The notes: generated from the sequence alone by a model not told the origin. Positions 1-9,650 are shown, numbered from the stretch's first letter. The stretch is 32,066 nt of DNA from Nitratifractor sp. (GCA_015490055.1 WFYP01000300.1:1-32066); one strand, 5' to 3'. Program-made: numbers and translations.

Positions 1-733
1 CGCTTACATTTATTCCTTTTGCTGTTAAATATCTAACTGTTTTTTCGTTACATATCTCTTCTGCGATATTGTAATTATTAGTACCTAAACTCTTTAAATA
101 TGCTACTATATCTTTAGGGTGTTTATGCTCTTGCAAGATGGCTATCTCTATATTTGAGTCTAACTCTTTTATAACTTTTAAGTAGTTGTGATTAAACGAA
201 GATATGATAACCCTGTTTTGCATATTTAAGTTTTTTATCTCTTCTAATATTTGCTTGGGTGCAACTGTATCGAATGGGGTATTACTAAGATTTTTTATCT
301 CTACATTAACGGCTAAATTTAACTCTTTTAATAGGAGCAAAACCTCTTTGAGTGTTGGTACTCTTTGGATTGGTTGAGCCTCTAGCTCCTCTTTTTTAAC
401 TAAGCCACTCTTTATTGTACCAAATGGGTCGGTTTTTATAAACCAGCTACTTGCATCCAGCTTTGAAATCTCTTTGTAAGTGTAGTCTGCTATGTTAAAT
501 GGTGCTTTAAAGTTTGGCAAATCTTTTGCATTTGTAGTTCGCTCTAGTGTATCATCGTGGATTACAATAGCTACGCCATCTTTGCTAAAGCCGACATCTA
601 ACTCTACTAAGTCGCATTTGCCATTTGCCTCTTTAAAAGCACTTAAAGTATTTTCGGCTCGTACGGCTCTATGACCTCTGTGGGCTATTATAACGCCATC
701 TCCTAATCTTCGCCAGAAATTATTTGATTCCAT
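1..733 (-). CDS. glycerophosphodiester phosphodiesterase (GDPD family), 3' end cut by window edge
   Basis: Not in the ORF track because it runs off the window. Manual minus-strand translation from ATG (733-731) gives 244 uninterrupted codons: MESNNFWRRLGDGVIIAHRGHRAVRAENTLSAFKEANGKCDLVELDVGFSKDGVAIVIHDDTLERTT... It carries the GDPD signatures HRG, ENT and E-x-D. The start overlaps the end of the upstream gene by 31 nt. Confidence 0.75.
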   Translation of the reverse strand, partial: MESNNFWRRLGDGVIIAHRGHRAVRAENTLSAFKEANGKCDLVELDVGFSKDGVAIVIHDDTLERTTNAKDLPNFKAPFNIADYTYKEISKLDASSWFIKTDPFGTIKSGLVKKEELEAQPIQRVPTLKEVLLLLKELNLAVNVEIKNLSNTPFDTVAPKQILEEIKNLNMQNRVIISSFNHNYLKVIKELDSNIEIAILQEHKHPKDIVAYLKSLGTNNYNIAEEICNEKTVRYLTAKGINVS

Positions 734-1521
734 CTTCCCTCGCACTCATATATTTTGTTTTCATCTAAAAATTCGTGGTGGTGTATTCTGAAGTTTGCAC
801 CATCTATATTTATAATTGCATATGTTGGCTTCTCTTTATTTGTTAGGCATTCAGCTTTTGTATTGGTTTTTAGGGCAACTTGAAATGCTGTGCTTCTTGT
901 GCAGTGCATAGATATGCCATCTCTATTTGCATTTATAATACGATGCAAATGCCCAAAAGAGATGTGTCTTATATTCTTGTATTGCCCTAATGTTTTCCAA
1001 AACTTATTTTTATTTCTAAAGTGTGCAGTTGTATCAAACTCATATAGCCCACATTTTATGGGATGATGGTGCATAAAGAGATAGACATTATACTCTTTAT
1101 ACTCTTCTAATTTTTCAGTAAGCCATTTATATCTTTTGGAGCAGAGAGTTCCACTCATTTTACCTTGGTCTAGTGTATCCAAAAAGATAAAGGCATTCTT
1201 TTTAATAGTAAAGCTATATTGTATAAAGTCGTTATCTTTAAACTCAGTAAAAACCTCTTTAAAAAAGCTTCTATTATCATGATTTCCTAAAATTGAATAG
1301 ACAGGAATTTTAGAGTCCTCTATAATATTTTTATAGTTTTTATACGCTTTTTTAGTAGCGTTATCCGCTAAATCACCAGTAATAGCTATGAATTTTGCAT
1401 CGCTATGGTGTTTATTGATACTCTTAAGAGCCTTTTTTAGTCTATCGGTTGGGTTCAGCCCAAATAGGTTTGCTCTTACTGCACCTATTATGTGTGGGTC
1501 GGTCAGGTGTATTATTTTCAT
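703..1521 (-). CDS. calcineurin-like metallophosphoesterase, GpdQ/CpdA-type phosphodiesterase
   Basis: 272 aa with the ordered metallophosphoesterase motifs DPH (LTDPHI), GDLADN, GNHDN, HHHP and GHLH. There is a 4-nt ATGA overlap with the upstream permease gene. Confidence 0.8.
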   Translation of the reverse strand: MKIIHLTDPHIIGAVRANLFGLNPTDRLKKALKSINKHHSDAKFIAITGDLADNATKKAYKNYKNIIEDSKIPVYSILGNHDNRSFFKEVFTEFKDNDFIQYSFTIKKNAFIFLDTLDQGKMSGTLCSKRYKWLTEKLEEYKEYNVYLFMHHHPIKCGLYEFDTTAHFRNKNKFWKTLGQYKNIRHISFGHLHRIINANRDGISMHCTRSTAFQVALKTNTKAECLTNKEKPTYAIINIDGANFRIHHHEFLDENKIYECEGRWNQIISGED

Positions 1522-2369
1522 TTTTTTCTATTCGTAAATAGGCTGATAGTTGCTACTATTGTAATAAATAACACAATCATAAACGATACAGCATTTAGCA
1601 CAGGTGTAGAGCTAAATTTAATTCTAGAGAAAAGCTCAACTGGTAGGGTTGGGTCTGAACCAACTAAGAATATTGTGGTATTAAAGTTTGAAAAACTCAT
1701 AATAAATGTTACGGCAAATGCTCCAATAATTGCAGGCTTTAGAAATGGTATTGTAATGTATCTTATAGCTTGTAGTCTGCTAGCTTTTAGACTTAGTGCT
1801 GCCTCTTCTAATTGTGGGTCGAACTTTTTAAGCCTTGCACTAACCAAAAGTAAGGCGTAAGTTGCCCCAAACGAGAATTGCCCAAATACAACAAGCCAAA
1901 AACCTGGACTAAAGACTTCGGTATCTATACCAAATTTTGTATCTAAAATTTCACCCACATAGCTTGAACTTAAAAGTATAGATATACCTAAAATCACCCC
2001 TGGAATTACAAGTGGTGCAATCGCAAAAAAGTATAAAAGCCCCTTAAATTTAAACTTTTCTTGTTCAAATAAAAGGGCTGCCATTGTTCCAACTACTGTA
2101 GATAAAATTGCCATTGCAAAGGCTGTCTCGACACTTATCCAGATACTTCTTAATAAATCTTCATCGTGGAAGAGTCCGACTCTATTATCGTTGTTTGCAA
2201 AGAACCAATCTAGCGAAAAACCGTGCCAAGGCAGGGCGATAGAGTTAGAGTCGTTAAATGCTAAAACCGAAATTGCAATGAGTGGAAGCACTAAAAATAT
2301 AAAAAATAGAGTAATATAAAATCTATAACCATACTTATATAGTGGCGAATTTGGAAGTGAGCGAATCAT
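1518..2369 (-). CDS. ABC transporter permease (PotC/PhnV-like)
   Basis: 283 aa with multiple hydrophobic spans. EAA-loop motif LEEAALSLKASRLQAIRYITIP. 4-nt overlaps with both neighbours. Confidence 0.85.
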   Translation of the reverse strand: MIRSLPNSPLYKYGYRFYITLFFIFLVLPLIAISVLAFNDSNSIALPWHGFSLDWFFANNDNRVGLFHDEDLLRSIWISVETAFAMAILSTVVGTMAALLFEQEKFKFKGLLYFFAIAPLVIPGVILGISILLSSSYVGEILDTKFGIDTEVFSPGFWLVVFGQFSFGATYALLLVSARLKKFDPQLEEAALSLKASRLQAIRYITIPFLKPAIIGAFAVTFIMSFSNFNTTIFLVGSDPTLPVELFSRIKFSSTPVLNAVSFMIVLFITIVATISLFTNRKK

Positions 2370-3217
2370 GAGCCAACCTTTTCTAATTTTTGACCAGATA
2401 GCTTAAGAGCCATCCATATAACAGCAGATGATATTACAAGTAGCAAGAAGCCAAATGCTGCACCTTGATTCCAATTAAATGTCGATAAAAATTGGTTATA
2501 AATTTGCTCGGTAAACCACAGGTTACTTTTACCACCCAAAATATTTGGAGCAACATAATCACCAATTACAAGCATAAATACGATAATTCCACCATTTACA
2601 ATACCGGGCATTGCGTGCGGTATTATAATTCGTCTAAAAATTGTAAACTTAGAAGCCCCTAAATCGCTAGCTGCCTCTATAAGCGAGTCGTCTAAACTTT
2701 CTAGTGTTGTCATTACTGGAATTGTCATAAAAAGCATAGACATATATAAAAGCCCAATCGACATACTAAAATTGTTGTAAAGTAGCGGTAGTGGCTTATC
2801 TATAATACCAAGCCATTTTAAGCTTTCGTTTATTACGCCGTGGTCGCCTAAAATGATAACCCATCCATAAATTGTTACTAACTCTCCAACCCAAAGTGGG
2901 ATTAAAAGCATCAGGGTTAAAAAAGAGGCGTATTTTCTATCGACAACTTTGGTTAAATAAAACGCCACAGGGAATGTAACAACAAAGGCTAAAAGTGTAA
3001 TGCCAATAGCGTAAAGTACAGTATTTAAAAATGTAAACCAGTAGATTTTCTCTTCAAAAAAGATAGTGTAATTCTCTAGTGAAAACGCACTAGAGCTATC
3101 GCCATCTACTTTAAAAGAGCTAATAAATAGGTCGATATGTGGGATAATAATTAGCAAAACCAGCCACAAAAGCACAGGAATTAATAGAAAGTAAAAAGCT
3201 TTTTTATTTCCACTCAT
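2366..3217 (-). CDS. ABC transporter permease (PotB/PhnU-like)
   Basis: 283 aa polytopic membrane protein. EAA-loop motif LIEAASDLGASKFTIFRRIIIP. AAGGAG SD 6 nt upstream of the ATG. Confidence 0.85.
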   Translation of the reverse strand: MSGNKKAFYFLLIPVLLWLVLLIIIPHIDLFISSFKVDGDSSSAFSLENYTIFFEEKIYWFTFLNTVLYAIGITLLAFVVTFPVAFYLTKVVDRKYASFLTLMLLIPLWVGELVTIYGWVIILGDHGVINESLKWLGIIDKPLPLLYNNFSMSIGLLYMSMLFMTIPVMTTLESLDDSLIEAASDLGASKFTIFRRIIIPHAMPGIVNGGIIVFMLVIGDYVAPNILGGKSNLWFTEQIYNQFLSTFNWNQGAAFGFLLLVISSAVIWMALKLSGQKLEKVGS

Positions 3218-3220
3218 AGC

Positions 3221-4276
3221 TTACTCCTTGTAGCATTTAATGTTGTTGTATGCGATACCAATATCTACCCTATCGCCACTTTTTAAGTTTTGAAACTTTG
3301 CATTTTGTGGAAGTGAAATTAGAATTTCATCACCACTATCAACCACTACAGACATTTTAGTATTTGCACCATCAAATAGAACTACTTTAATAGTGGCTTG
3401 GAATCTGTTTATATCTTTTATATCATCTGTGGGCTCTAAAATAAAGGCTTCTGGACGCATAAACATAACATTTGGTGTAAAGTCTAAATCTGGCATATTG
3501 AGCTTCCAGCCATTTTTTGTTGTAATTGAGTTATTGTCGCTATTTGCTAGTTCAAACCTATTATTTTCACCAACAAAACCAGCTACAAATGCAGTGTTTG
3601 GGTGTGTATATAGATTTACAGGTGTGTCTAATTGCTCAATTTTGCCTTTGTTCATTACTGCAACTCTATCGCTCATAACTAGTGCTTCGGATTGGTCGTG
3701 AGTGATGTATATAAAGGTAGTTCCTACCTCTCTTTGAAGATCTTTTAACTCTACTTTCATATACTCTCTAAGCTTTCTATCTAAGGCACTTAGTGGCTCA
3801 TCTAGCAGTAGAATTTTTGGCTTCATAACAAGGCTTCTTGCTATTGCGACTCTCTGCTTTTGCCCGCCTGATAGTTCGTTTATCTTCTTTTTCTCATACC
3901 CTTCTAAGCCTACACGCTTTAGCATTTTTAAAACTTTTTTTGATATTTCATCTTTTTTTAAGCCCTGCCTTCTAAGCCCAAATGCTACATTTTCAAAAAC
4001 ATTCATCATAGGAAAAAGTGCTAAACTCTGAAACACAATATTAACAGGGCGATTCTCAGGAGATATACCTTTCATAGGCTGTTTTTGAATAGAGATACTA
4101 CCGCTACTCTCTTCTATAAAGCCAGCAATTACCCTAAGTAGAGTAGTCTTACCACAACCAGAGGGTCCAAGAACCGATACAAACTCTCCCTCTTTTACAT
4201 TTAAGTTTATATCTTGCAAAGCTTTAAAGTCGCCAAAATTTTTATTTAAATCCTTAATCTCTAGTACGCTACTCAT
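3221..4276 (-). CDS. ABC transporter ATP-binding protein (PotA/PhnT-like, with C-terminal TOBE-like extension)
   Basis: Walker [10 protein letters not shown], signature LSGGQKQR, Walker B ILLLDEP, H-loop ITHD. It has a ~100-aa C-terminal regulatory-type extension. Strong SD AGGAGGGGG upstream. Confidence 0.9.
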   Translation of the reverse strand: MSSVLEIKDLNKNFGDFKALQDINLNVKEGEFVSVLGPSGCGKTTLLRVIAGFIEESSGSISIQKQPMKGISPENRPVNIVFQSLALFPMMNVFENVAFGLRRQGLKKDEISKKVLKMLKRVGLEGYEKKKINELSGGQKQRVAIARSLVMKPKILLLDEPLSALDRKLREYMKVELKDLQREVGTTFIYITHDQSEALVMSDRVAVMNKGKIEQLDTPVNLYTHPNTAFVAGFVGENNRFELANSDNNSITTKNGWKLNMPDLDFTPNVMFMRPEAFILEPTDDIKDINRFQATIKVVLFDGANTKMSVVVDSGDEILISLPQNAKFQNLKSGDRVDIGIAYNNIKCYKE

Positions 4277-4294
4277 TAATCCCCCTCCTGTTAT

Positions 4295-4433
4295 GTGTGT
4301 AAAGATTAGTGTTTTAATTTAAGGTAGAAGGATGAAGGTTGAAGGGAGAAGGTGGGATGATTAAATTACTTTTTCCTTCATCCTTCTGCCTTCAACCTTC
4401 ATCCTTAAATAAAAAACCCTAATCTTTACACAC
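4295..4433. repeat. nested intergenic palindrome with AAGGNNG heptad arms (REP/BIME-like mRNA structure between the binding-protein and ATPase genes)
   Basis: The outer perfect 15-bp inverted repeat is GTGTGTAAAGATTAG (4295-4309) / CTAATCTTTACACAC (4419-4433). Inside it, five AAGGNNG heptads (4321-4355) face five CCTTNNN heptads (4375-4409). Confidence 0.8.
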
Positions 4434-4462
4434 CAAGGCAAAAACCTTGATGTAAAAAATAA

Positions 4463-5521
4463 CTACTTAGCCGCTTTGATTTTCTCTAAATCTCTTGATT
4501 CAATAGTCTCAAATCCTGCTGGAACTGCTGGGTGCCACTTGATGTTATCTAAATCTGCTTTGCTAAAGCTTCTTGAGAAGTTATCTTTAATCTCTTTTTT
4601 AAGGAATTTTTCTGCACCTAAAGATGCTGTACCGTAACCCTCTTTATTAGTAAAGTATGCTGCATTTTCTGGTTTTAGCATAAAGTTAATAAACTTATAA
4701 GCGCCCTCTACATTTTTAGATTTTCTAGGAATTGCATATGTATCAATCCAACCTAAAGCACCACTTTTTGGAGCTACAAAGTCAATATCTGGATTAGCTT
4801 TATGCAGTTGCCAACCAATTCCATCCCAGCCAGACTCTACTGCTACATCACCACTTGTCATATTTGCTTTTTGAGTATCTGCACTTGTCCAATAGTTTTT
4901 AACTAGCTTTTTAGAATCAATTAATTTTTTTGTTACCTTATCCATTAATGCTTCGTAAGCTTTCTTATCTCCATACAGTGCAAATGGATTCTCGCCCATA
5001 CCAAATGCTGCACCTATTAATAGAGGTCTTTTTAATCTATAAGATATTTTACCAGCATATTTTGGATTCCAAAGGTCTGACCAATCTTTAGCATCTGGAG
5101 CTAACTTTTTATTTACTATAAGACCAGTTGTTCCGTAACAAAATGGTACTGCATACCCTTTGCCATCTACGCCAGAGTTTTTCTTAACAGCCTCTAACAT
5201 AGAGGGAACTATTTGCTTAGTATTTACTTTAGAGTAATCAATAGGTTGATATATTGGGAACTTCTTTTGTACAAAGCTAATTCTATCTTGGCTAGGTTGT
5301 GCTAAATCAAACCCTCCACCTCTAGTTGCTCTAAGTTTTGCAATCATCTCTTCATTGTTACTATAAGTAATTTTTAACTTAATACCTGTCTCTTTTTCAA
5401 ACTTTTTAACTAATTCTGGTGGTGTGTAACCTTTCCAAGTTATTATTCTTAATACATCTTGAGCACTTAAAGCACTTGATGCTAACAGTAATGCTATTAT
5501 CGCAATAGATAGTTTTCTCAT
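4463..5521 (-). CDS. periplasmic substrate-binding protein of a Pot/Phn-family ABC importer
   Basis: PotD/PotF/PhnS-like sequence with signal peptide MRKLSIAIIALLLASSALSA. I place the start at ATG 5521-5519, which has AGGAGG 7 nt upstream. The ORF-track start at 5563 is a GTG with no SD. Confidence 0.85.
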   Translation of the reverse strand: MRKLSIAIIALLLASSALSAQDVLRIITWKGYTPPELVKKFEKETGIKLKITYSNNEEMIAKLRATRGGGFDLAQPSQDRISFVQKKFPIYQPIDYSKVNTKQIVPSMLEAVKKNSGVDGKGYAVPFCYGTTGLIVNKKLAPDAKDWSDLWNPKYAGKISYRLKRPLLIGAAFGMGENPFALYGDKKAYEALMDKVTKKLIDSKKLVKNYWTSADTQKANMTSGDVAVESGWDGIGWQLHKANPDIDFVAPKSGALGWIDTYAIPRKSKNVEGAYKFINFMLKPENAAYFTNKEGYGTASLGAEKFLKKEIKDNFSRSFSKADLDNIKWHPAVPAGFETIESRDLEKIKAAK

Positions 5522-5810
5522 TTTTAATCCTCCTGAATTTTTACTAACTGAAGTTACTAACACAAAATGTGCACCTTAATGACTCCTAGAATTATTATAC
5601 TATAAAAAGTAACACTTCGGTAACTATTTTTATATAAAATATAGTGTATATTAATTAATGAATAAAATTGATTAATGTATTAAATAATTTAAATTAATAA
5701 TATCATTTAATGTGTAGATAATAGTAACATATAAAAAATATTAATAGTTAATGCTATAGTTTAAAGTTATATTTACTCTCTTACTGATATTATTATAATA
5801 CAAATCTTTA

Positions 5811-7169
5811 TTGCGGAGGTTACACGATTTGAAACAAAATACAAACAATACAACTGCAGATAGAAGAGGCTTTCTGAAAAATGTAGCCGCTTCTGTTGTT
5901 GCAGCAGGTGCTTTGGTTCCGGCGGGATTAAGTGCAAAAGACGATCCAGCCCTTATGAAAGAGCCAGAGTGGGGTAAGAAGCTTGGAAGACCAGTAGATG
6001 CTAATCTATATGGTATGCCATCTCCTTACGAGCATAATGTGCAAAGAAGAGTACACGAATTATTATCATCTGGTGATATGTACGCTTCTGTTGCTATGTG
6101 TCCAATTCAGGACTTAGATGGAATTATTACACCAAATGGTTTATTCTTTAATAGAGCTCACGGTGGTGTTGCTATTGTTGATCCTAATGAGTATAGACTT
6201 ATTATTCACGGTTTAGTAGAGAAACCTTTAGTATTAACACTAGATCAGTTAAAAAGATACCCAAGCGAATCTCGTATTCACTTTATTGAGTGTCCTGCTA
6301 ACGGTTCTACTGGTTGGAGAGCTCCACAATTTGATACACTTCAATTTATAAAGGGTATGATGAGCCAAGCAGAGTGGACAGGTGTTAAACTTTCTACGCT
6401 ACTTAAAGATGTAGGTGTTAAGCCAACTGCTAAATGGGTTTTAGCTGAAGGTAGTGACGATTCTCATATGGGTAGAACTATTCCAATCGAGAAGATTATG
6501 GATGATGCAATGCTTGTATGGGCTCAAAATGGTGAAGCTCTTCGTCCAGAGCAGGGTTACCCTGTAAGACTGCTTGTTCCAGGTTGGGAAGGTAACTTAA
6601 ATGTTAAGTGGCTTAAGCGTTTAGAGTTTGGCGACAAACCTTGGCATGCAAAAGAGGAGACTTCTAAATATACTATGCTTACTCCTACAGGAAAAGCAGT
6701 ACAATTCTTCTGGCCAATGGAAGTAAACTCAGTAATTACTAGTCCATGTCCAGATAAACCATGGACAGACCTTAAAAAAGGTGATATTGTAGAGATACAA
6801 GGTTTAGCTTGGTCAGGTGAGGGTACTATTAAAGGTGTAGATATTAGCTTTGATGGTGGTAAAAACTGGACAGAAGCTAATCTTAAAGGTTTAGTATTAC
6901 CAAAAGCTTGGACTAGATTTAGTTACATCTATAAGTGGGATGGCAAGCCAATTATATTAAGCTCAAGAGCTTATGACGATGCTGGATTTGTTCAACCTAC
7001 AATTACTCAAGAGGTAAGCAAAATGGGTGTAGAGGGAATCTACCACAGAAATGCTATTGTATCTTGGGAAGTTAAAGCGAATGGAGAAGTACATAATGTA
7101 CAAGTTCGTGACTATAAAAAAGAGAAAGAAGCAATAGAAAAAATGCAAAAGGGGGCAAAAGATGCTTAA
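5811..7169 (+). CDS. soxC: sulfane dehydrogenase molybdopterin subunit SoxC
   Basis: Twin-arginine signal DRRGFLK. Sulfite-oxidase-family Moco domain including HFIECPANG, plus a dimerisation domain. 8-nt overlap with the dihaem soxD. The true start is probably TTG at 5829 (GGAGG at 5815-5819, 9-nt spacer) rather than TTG at 5811. Confidence 0.85.
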   Translation: MRRLHDLKQNTNNTTADRRGFLKNVAASVVAAGALVPAGLSAKDDPALMKEPEWGKKLGRPVDANLYGMPSPYEHNVQRRVHELLSSGDMYASVAMCPIQDLDGIITPNGLFFNRAHGGVAIVDPNEYRLIIHGLVEKPLVLTLDQLKRYPSESRIHFIECPANGSTGWRAPQFDTLQFIKGMMSQAEWTGVKLSTLLKDVGVKPTAKWVLAEGSDDSHMGRTIPIEKIMDDAMLVWAQNGEALRPEQGYPVRLLVPGWEGNLNVKWLKRLEFGDKPWHAKEETSKYTMLTPTGKAVQFFWPMEVNSVITSPCPDKPWTDLKKGDIVEIQGLAWSGEGTIKGVDISFDGGKNWTEANLKGLVLPKAWTRFSYIYKWDGKPIILSSRAYDDAGFVQPTITQEVSKMGVEGIYHRNAIVSWEVKANGEVHNVQVRDYKKEKEAIEKMQKGAKDA

Positions 7170-8283
7170 ATTAAATAAAAAGATTTCTGTATTTGCCGCT
7201 ATTGCAATAGCTTTTGCTACTTCTGCGGTTGCTGGTGAAAAAGATGTTAAAGTTAAAGCCCCAAAAGTTAGAGCTATTGATGCTGCTACTGAATATAAAG
7301 TAGAAAAAGGTGTATATGCTGGCATTTATAAAGTAAATACACAAACTTCTAAAATTAAAAAATTTGGTTATGGTAAAAAAGCTACACCAGATGAAATTAA
7401 AGTTAATGATATCGATGTAAGATACGATTGGCAAGGATTACCAGATGGTAAAGGTACACCAGCAAAAGGTGAAGAGCTATATACTAAAAACTGTGTAATG
7501 TGTCATGGTGAATTTGGTGCGGGTGGAAAAGGTTACCCTGTATTAGCAGGTGGACAAGGTTCACTTAAAAACCAATTAATCGACCCATCAAGCGGTGATG
7601 AGCCACCAGTAAAAACTATTGGTAGTTACTGGCCATATGCATCAACACTATTTTGGTATGTAAAAACTGGTATGCCATTCCCACATCCAATGAGTTTAAC
7701 TAATGATGATGTTTACTCAATCGTAGCATATCTTTTATCTCTTAACGATATTCAAGTTGGTGGTGAAGATTTAGATGACGATACAGTACTTGATAAAAAG
7801 AAATTAATGACAGTAGTAATGCCAAATGTTAATGGCTTCTACCCAGATGTTAATGCTAAGAATGGTGCACAAAATGTTAAGAAATTCTTAAGTAATGGTA
7901 AAAATTATGGTACACCGATGGTTAGATGTATGAAAAATTGTAAACCTGGAAAGGTTATAAGAATTAAACATACACTAGATGAGGGCATCAAGCCACCATT
8001 ATCTGAAAAGAGAGATTTACCAAAAGTTAAAGCTGGTGGTGCAGCTGATAATAAATATGCTAAACTATTCGAAGCAAACTGTAAAGCTTGCCATGGTAAT
8101 AAAGCTATTGCTCCAGTACCAGGAGATAAAGAGGCATGGGCTCCAAGAATTAAGGAAGGTAAAGATACTCTTTACAAGCACGCTTTAAAAGGTTTCCAAG
8201 GTATGCCTCCTAAAGGTGGTACAAACTTACCAGATGCTGATATTAAAGGTATCGTAGATTATATGGTAAGTAAATCTAAATAG
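7162..8283 (+). CDS. soxD: dihaem cytochrome c SoxD
   Basis: Signal peptide, two CxxCH haem motifs (CVMCH, CKACH), and overlap with soxC. Confidence 0.8.
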   Translation: MLKLNKKISVFAAIAIAFATSAVAGEKDVKVKAPKVRAIDAATEYKVEKGVYAGIYKVNTQTSKIKKFGYGKKATPDEIKVNDIDVRYDWQGLPDGKGTPAKGEELYTKNCVMCHGEFGAGGKGYPVLAGGQGSLKNQLIDPSSGDEPPVKTIGSYWPYASTLFWYVKTGMPFPHPMSLTNDDVYSIVAYLLSLNDIQVGGEDLDDDTVLDKKKLMTVVMPNVNGFYPDVNAKNGAQNVKKFLSNGKNYGTPMVRCMKNCKPGKVIRIKHTLDEGIKPPLSEKRDLPKVKAGGAADNKYAKLFEANCKACHGNKAIAPVPGDKEAWAPRIKEGKDTLYKHALKGFQGMPPKGGTNLPDADIKGIVDYMVSKSK

Positions 8284-8380
8284 TATTTGATGTATAGTTA
8301 CTTGCTAAAAGTAGCCAACATCGATGTAGCAACTTAAATATTGTTTAAGTTGTGTCCTATCAAAACGAAGGGGATGGAAA

Positions 8381-8722
8381 ATGAAAAAAATATTCAAAAT
8401 CGCAACATTAGCTGTTATGGCTAGCGGTATAGTATATGCAGGTGGCGATTTAGTTAAAGAGGGTGCAAAAATCTTCAAAACTAAAAAAATTGGTAACTGT
8501 ATAGCTTGTCATGCGGCAAATGGTGTTAAGCTAGATGGACCAGGAAGTCTTGGACCAAAACTACAAGGTTTATCAGCTTGGCCAGAAAAGGCTTTGTATG
8601 ATAAGGTATATAATCCATACACTACAAACCCAATTTCTGCAATGCCAGCATTTGGAAAAAATGGTGTATTAGATGACCATCAGATTAAAGCTGTAGTAGC
8701 TTTTTTAAAAACAATTAAATAA
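8381..8722 (+). CDS. soxX: monohaem cytochrome c SoxX
   Basis: 113 aa with a signal peptide and a single CIACH motif. It lies immediately upstream of soxYZA. Confidence 0.75.
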   Translation: MKKIFKIATLAVMASGIVYAGGDLVKEGAKIFKTKKIGNCIACHAANGVKLDGPGSLGPKLQGLSAWPEKALYDKVYNPYTTNPISAMPAFGKNGVLDDHQIKAVVAFLKTIK

Positions 8723-8740
8723 AAACAGAAAGGAAACAAA

Positions 8741-9214
8741 ATGGAAAGAAGAAAATTTTTAGGTTTAGGTTTAGGAGCGGCAGCTATTTCACTAGCTCCA
8801 GTTTCAGCTTTAGCAAAGAACTATAGAAAAGAGTTACCAAAAGTTTGGAGTATTAAAAATAAAGATAAAGCAGATGATTTATCAGGAGTAAATGAGGCAA
8901 TTAAAGCTGTATTTGGAAGTGACAAAACAGAAGATGGAAAAATTAAGTTAAAAGCTCCAGATATTGCAGAAAACGGTGCAGTTGTACCTGTAAGTTTCTC
9001 TTTAGAAAAAGCTACTAAAGTTGCTCTATTCCAAAGTGCTGACCCTGAAGCATTAGTTGCGATTTGGGATATTCCAGAAGTTGGTATTCCTAACTATTCT
9101 GTAAGAATTAAACTTAAGAAAACTGGTACAGTAGTAGTTGTAGCAGAAGTTGATGGTAAGTTATATAGAGCTCAAAAAGATGTTAAAGTAACAGCTGGTG
9201 GATGTGGTGGTTGA
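8741..9214 (+). CDS. soxY: thiosulfate-binding carrier protein SoxY
   Basis: Tat-type signal (MERRKFLGLGLG) and the diagnostic C-terminal GGCGG swinging-arm motif. Confidence 0.9.
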   Translation: MERRKFLGLGLGAAAISLAPVSALAKNYRKELPKVWSIKNKDKADDLSGVNEAIKAVFGSDKTEDGKIKLKAPDIAENGAVVPVSFSLEKATKVALFQSADPEALVAIWDIPEVGIPNYSVRIKLKKTGTVVVVAEVDGKLYRAQKDVKVTAGGCGG

Positions 9215-9316
9215 TTCTATCCACTAAGGATTAGAGTTTACGCATAAAAGTTAAGAAGAGTTGCTCCTAAGAGTTAATAAAAATATTTTAAAAGTTATAA
9301 GAAGAAAGGTAAAAAA

Positions 9317-9607
9317 ATGAGAATTAAAGCAAAAGCAAAAGATGGTGTAGTAACTGTTAAAGCGATGATGAAACATCCAATGTTAAGTTATGATATAGCA
9401 AAGAAAAAAGGTAAAGAGGCTAACTTTATTGTTCATATTAGTGGTAAAGTTGATGGTAAAGATGTATATGATGCTTCTACTAGCCAATTCTTATCTAAAA
9501 ACCCATATATCAAATTTCAATTCAAAGGCGAAGCTGGTAAAGAGCTAGAGCTTAGTTGGGTGGATTTAAAAGGTAATACAAAGAGCAAAAAAGCAAAAAT
9601 TAAGTAA
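9317..9607 (+). CDS. soxZ: SoxZ, partner of SoxY
   Basis: 96 aa with no signal peptide, as expected for export bound to SoxY. SoxZ-like N-terminus (IKAKAKDGVVTVKAMMKHPM). Positioned after soxY. Confidence 0.85.
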   Translation: MRIKAKAKDGVVTVKAMMKHPMLSYDIAKKKGKEANFIVHISGKVDGKDVYDASTSQFLSKNPYIKFQFKGEAGKELELSWVDLKGNTKSKKAKIK

Positions 9608-9650
9608 TTTCTTTTTGTATATATGCCGTAGCAGGTAGAAAGGATTAAAA

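Noticed and set aside
492-674. Track ORF (+, 60 aa) at the left end
   Set aside because: It lies antisense within the uninterrupted GDPD reading frame, which has clear family motifs. It has no SD and a low-complexity translation, so it is a shadow ORF.
1492-3701. Plus-strand ORFs 1492..1860 and 3393..3701
   Set aside because: Both are fully embedded antisense in the ABC permease and ATPase genes, which carry diagnostic motifs. Their hydrophobic, odd composition is typical of the reverse frames of AT-rich genes.
4321-4409. Heptad AAGGNNG / CCTTNNN arrays as a possible CRISPR-like or peptide-coding repeat
   Set aside because: There are only 5+5 units arranged as an inverted, not direct, repeat with no spacers. 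No ORF spans them. An RNA-structure interpretation fits better.
5522-5563. N-terminal extension of the binding-protein ORF (MLVTSVSKNSGGLK)
   Set aside because: It starts at a GTG with no SD. An ATG with a perfect AGGAGG follows, and that ATG immediately precedes a signal peptide.
5564-5810. Very AT-rich divergent region with many TTAAT/ATTAA motifs as possible regulator binding sites (plus TATAAT at 5794-5799)
   Set aside because: Such motifs are expected by chance in sequence this AT-rich. There is no clear dyad or spaced direct repeat to support a specific operator call.
6963-8188. ORFs 6963..7325 (-), 7171..7434 (-) and 7979..8188 (+) inside soxC/soxD
   Set aside because: They overlap genes with Tat signal, Moco and haem motifs. 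Their translations are low-complexity, Phe/Ile/Asn-rich or Leu/Lys-rich, so they are frame shadows.
9215-9316. The unusually long (~100 nt) soxY-soxZ spacer as a possible small ORF or riboregulator
   Set aside because: I could find no convincing hairpin, repeat or SD-preceded ORF in it.
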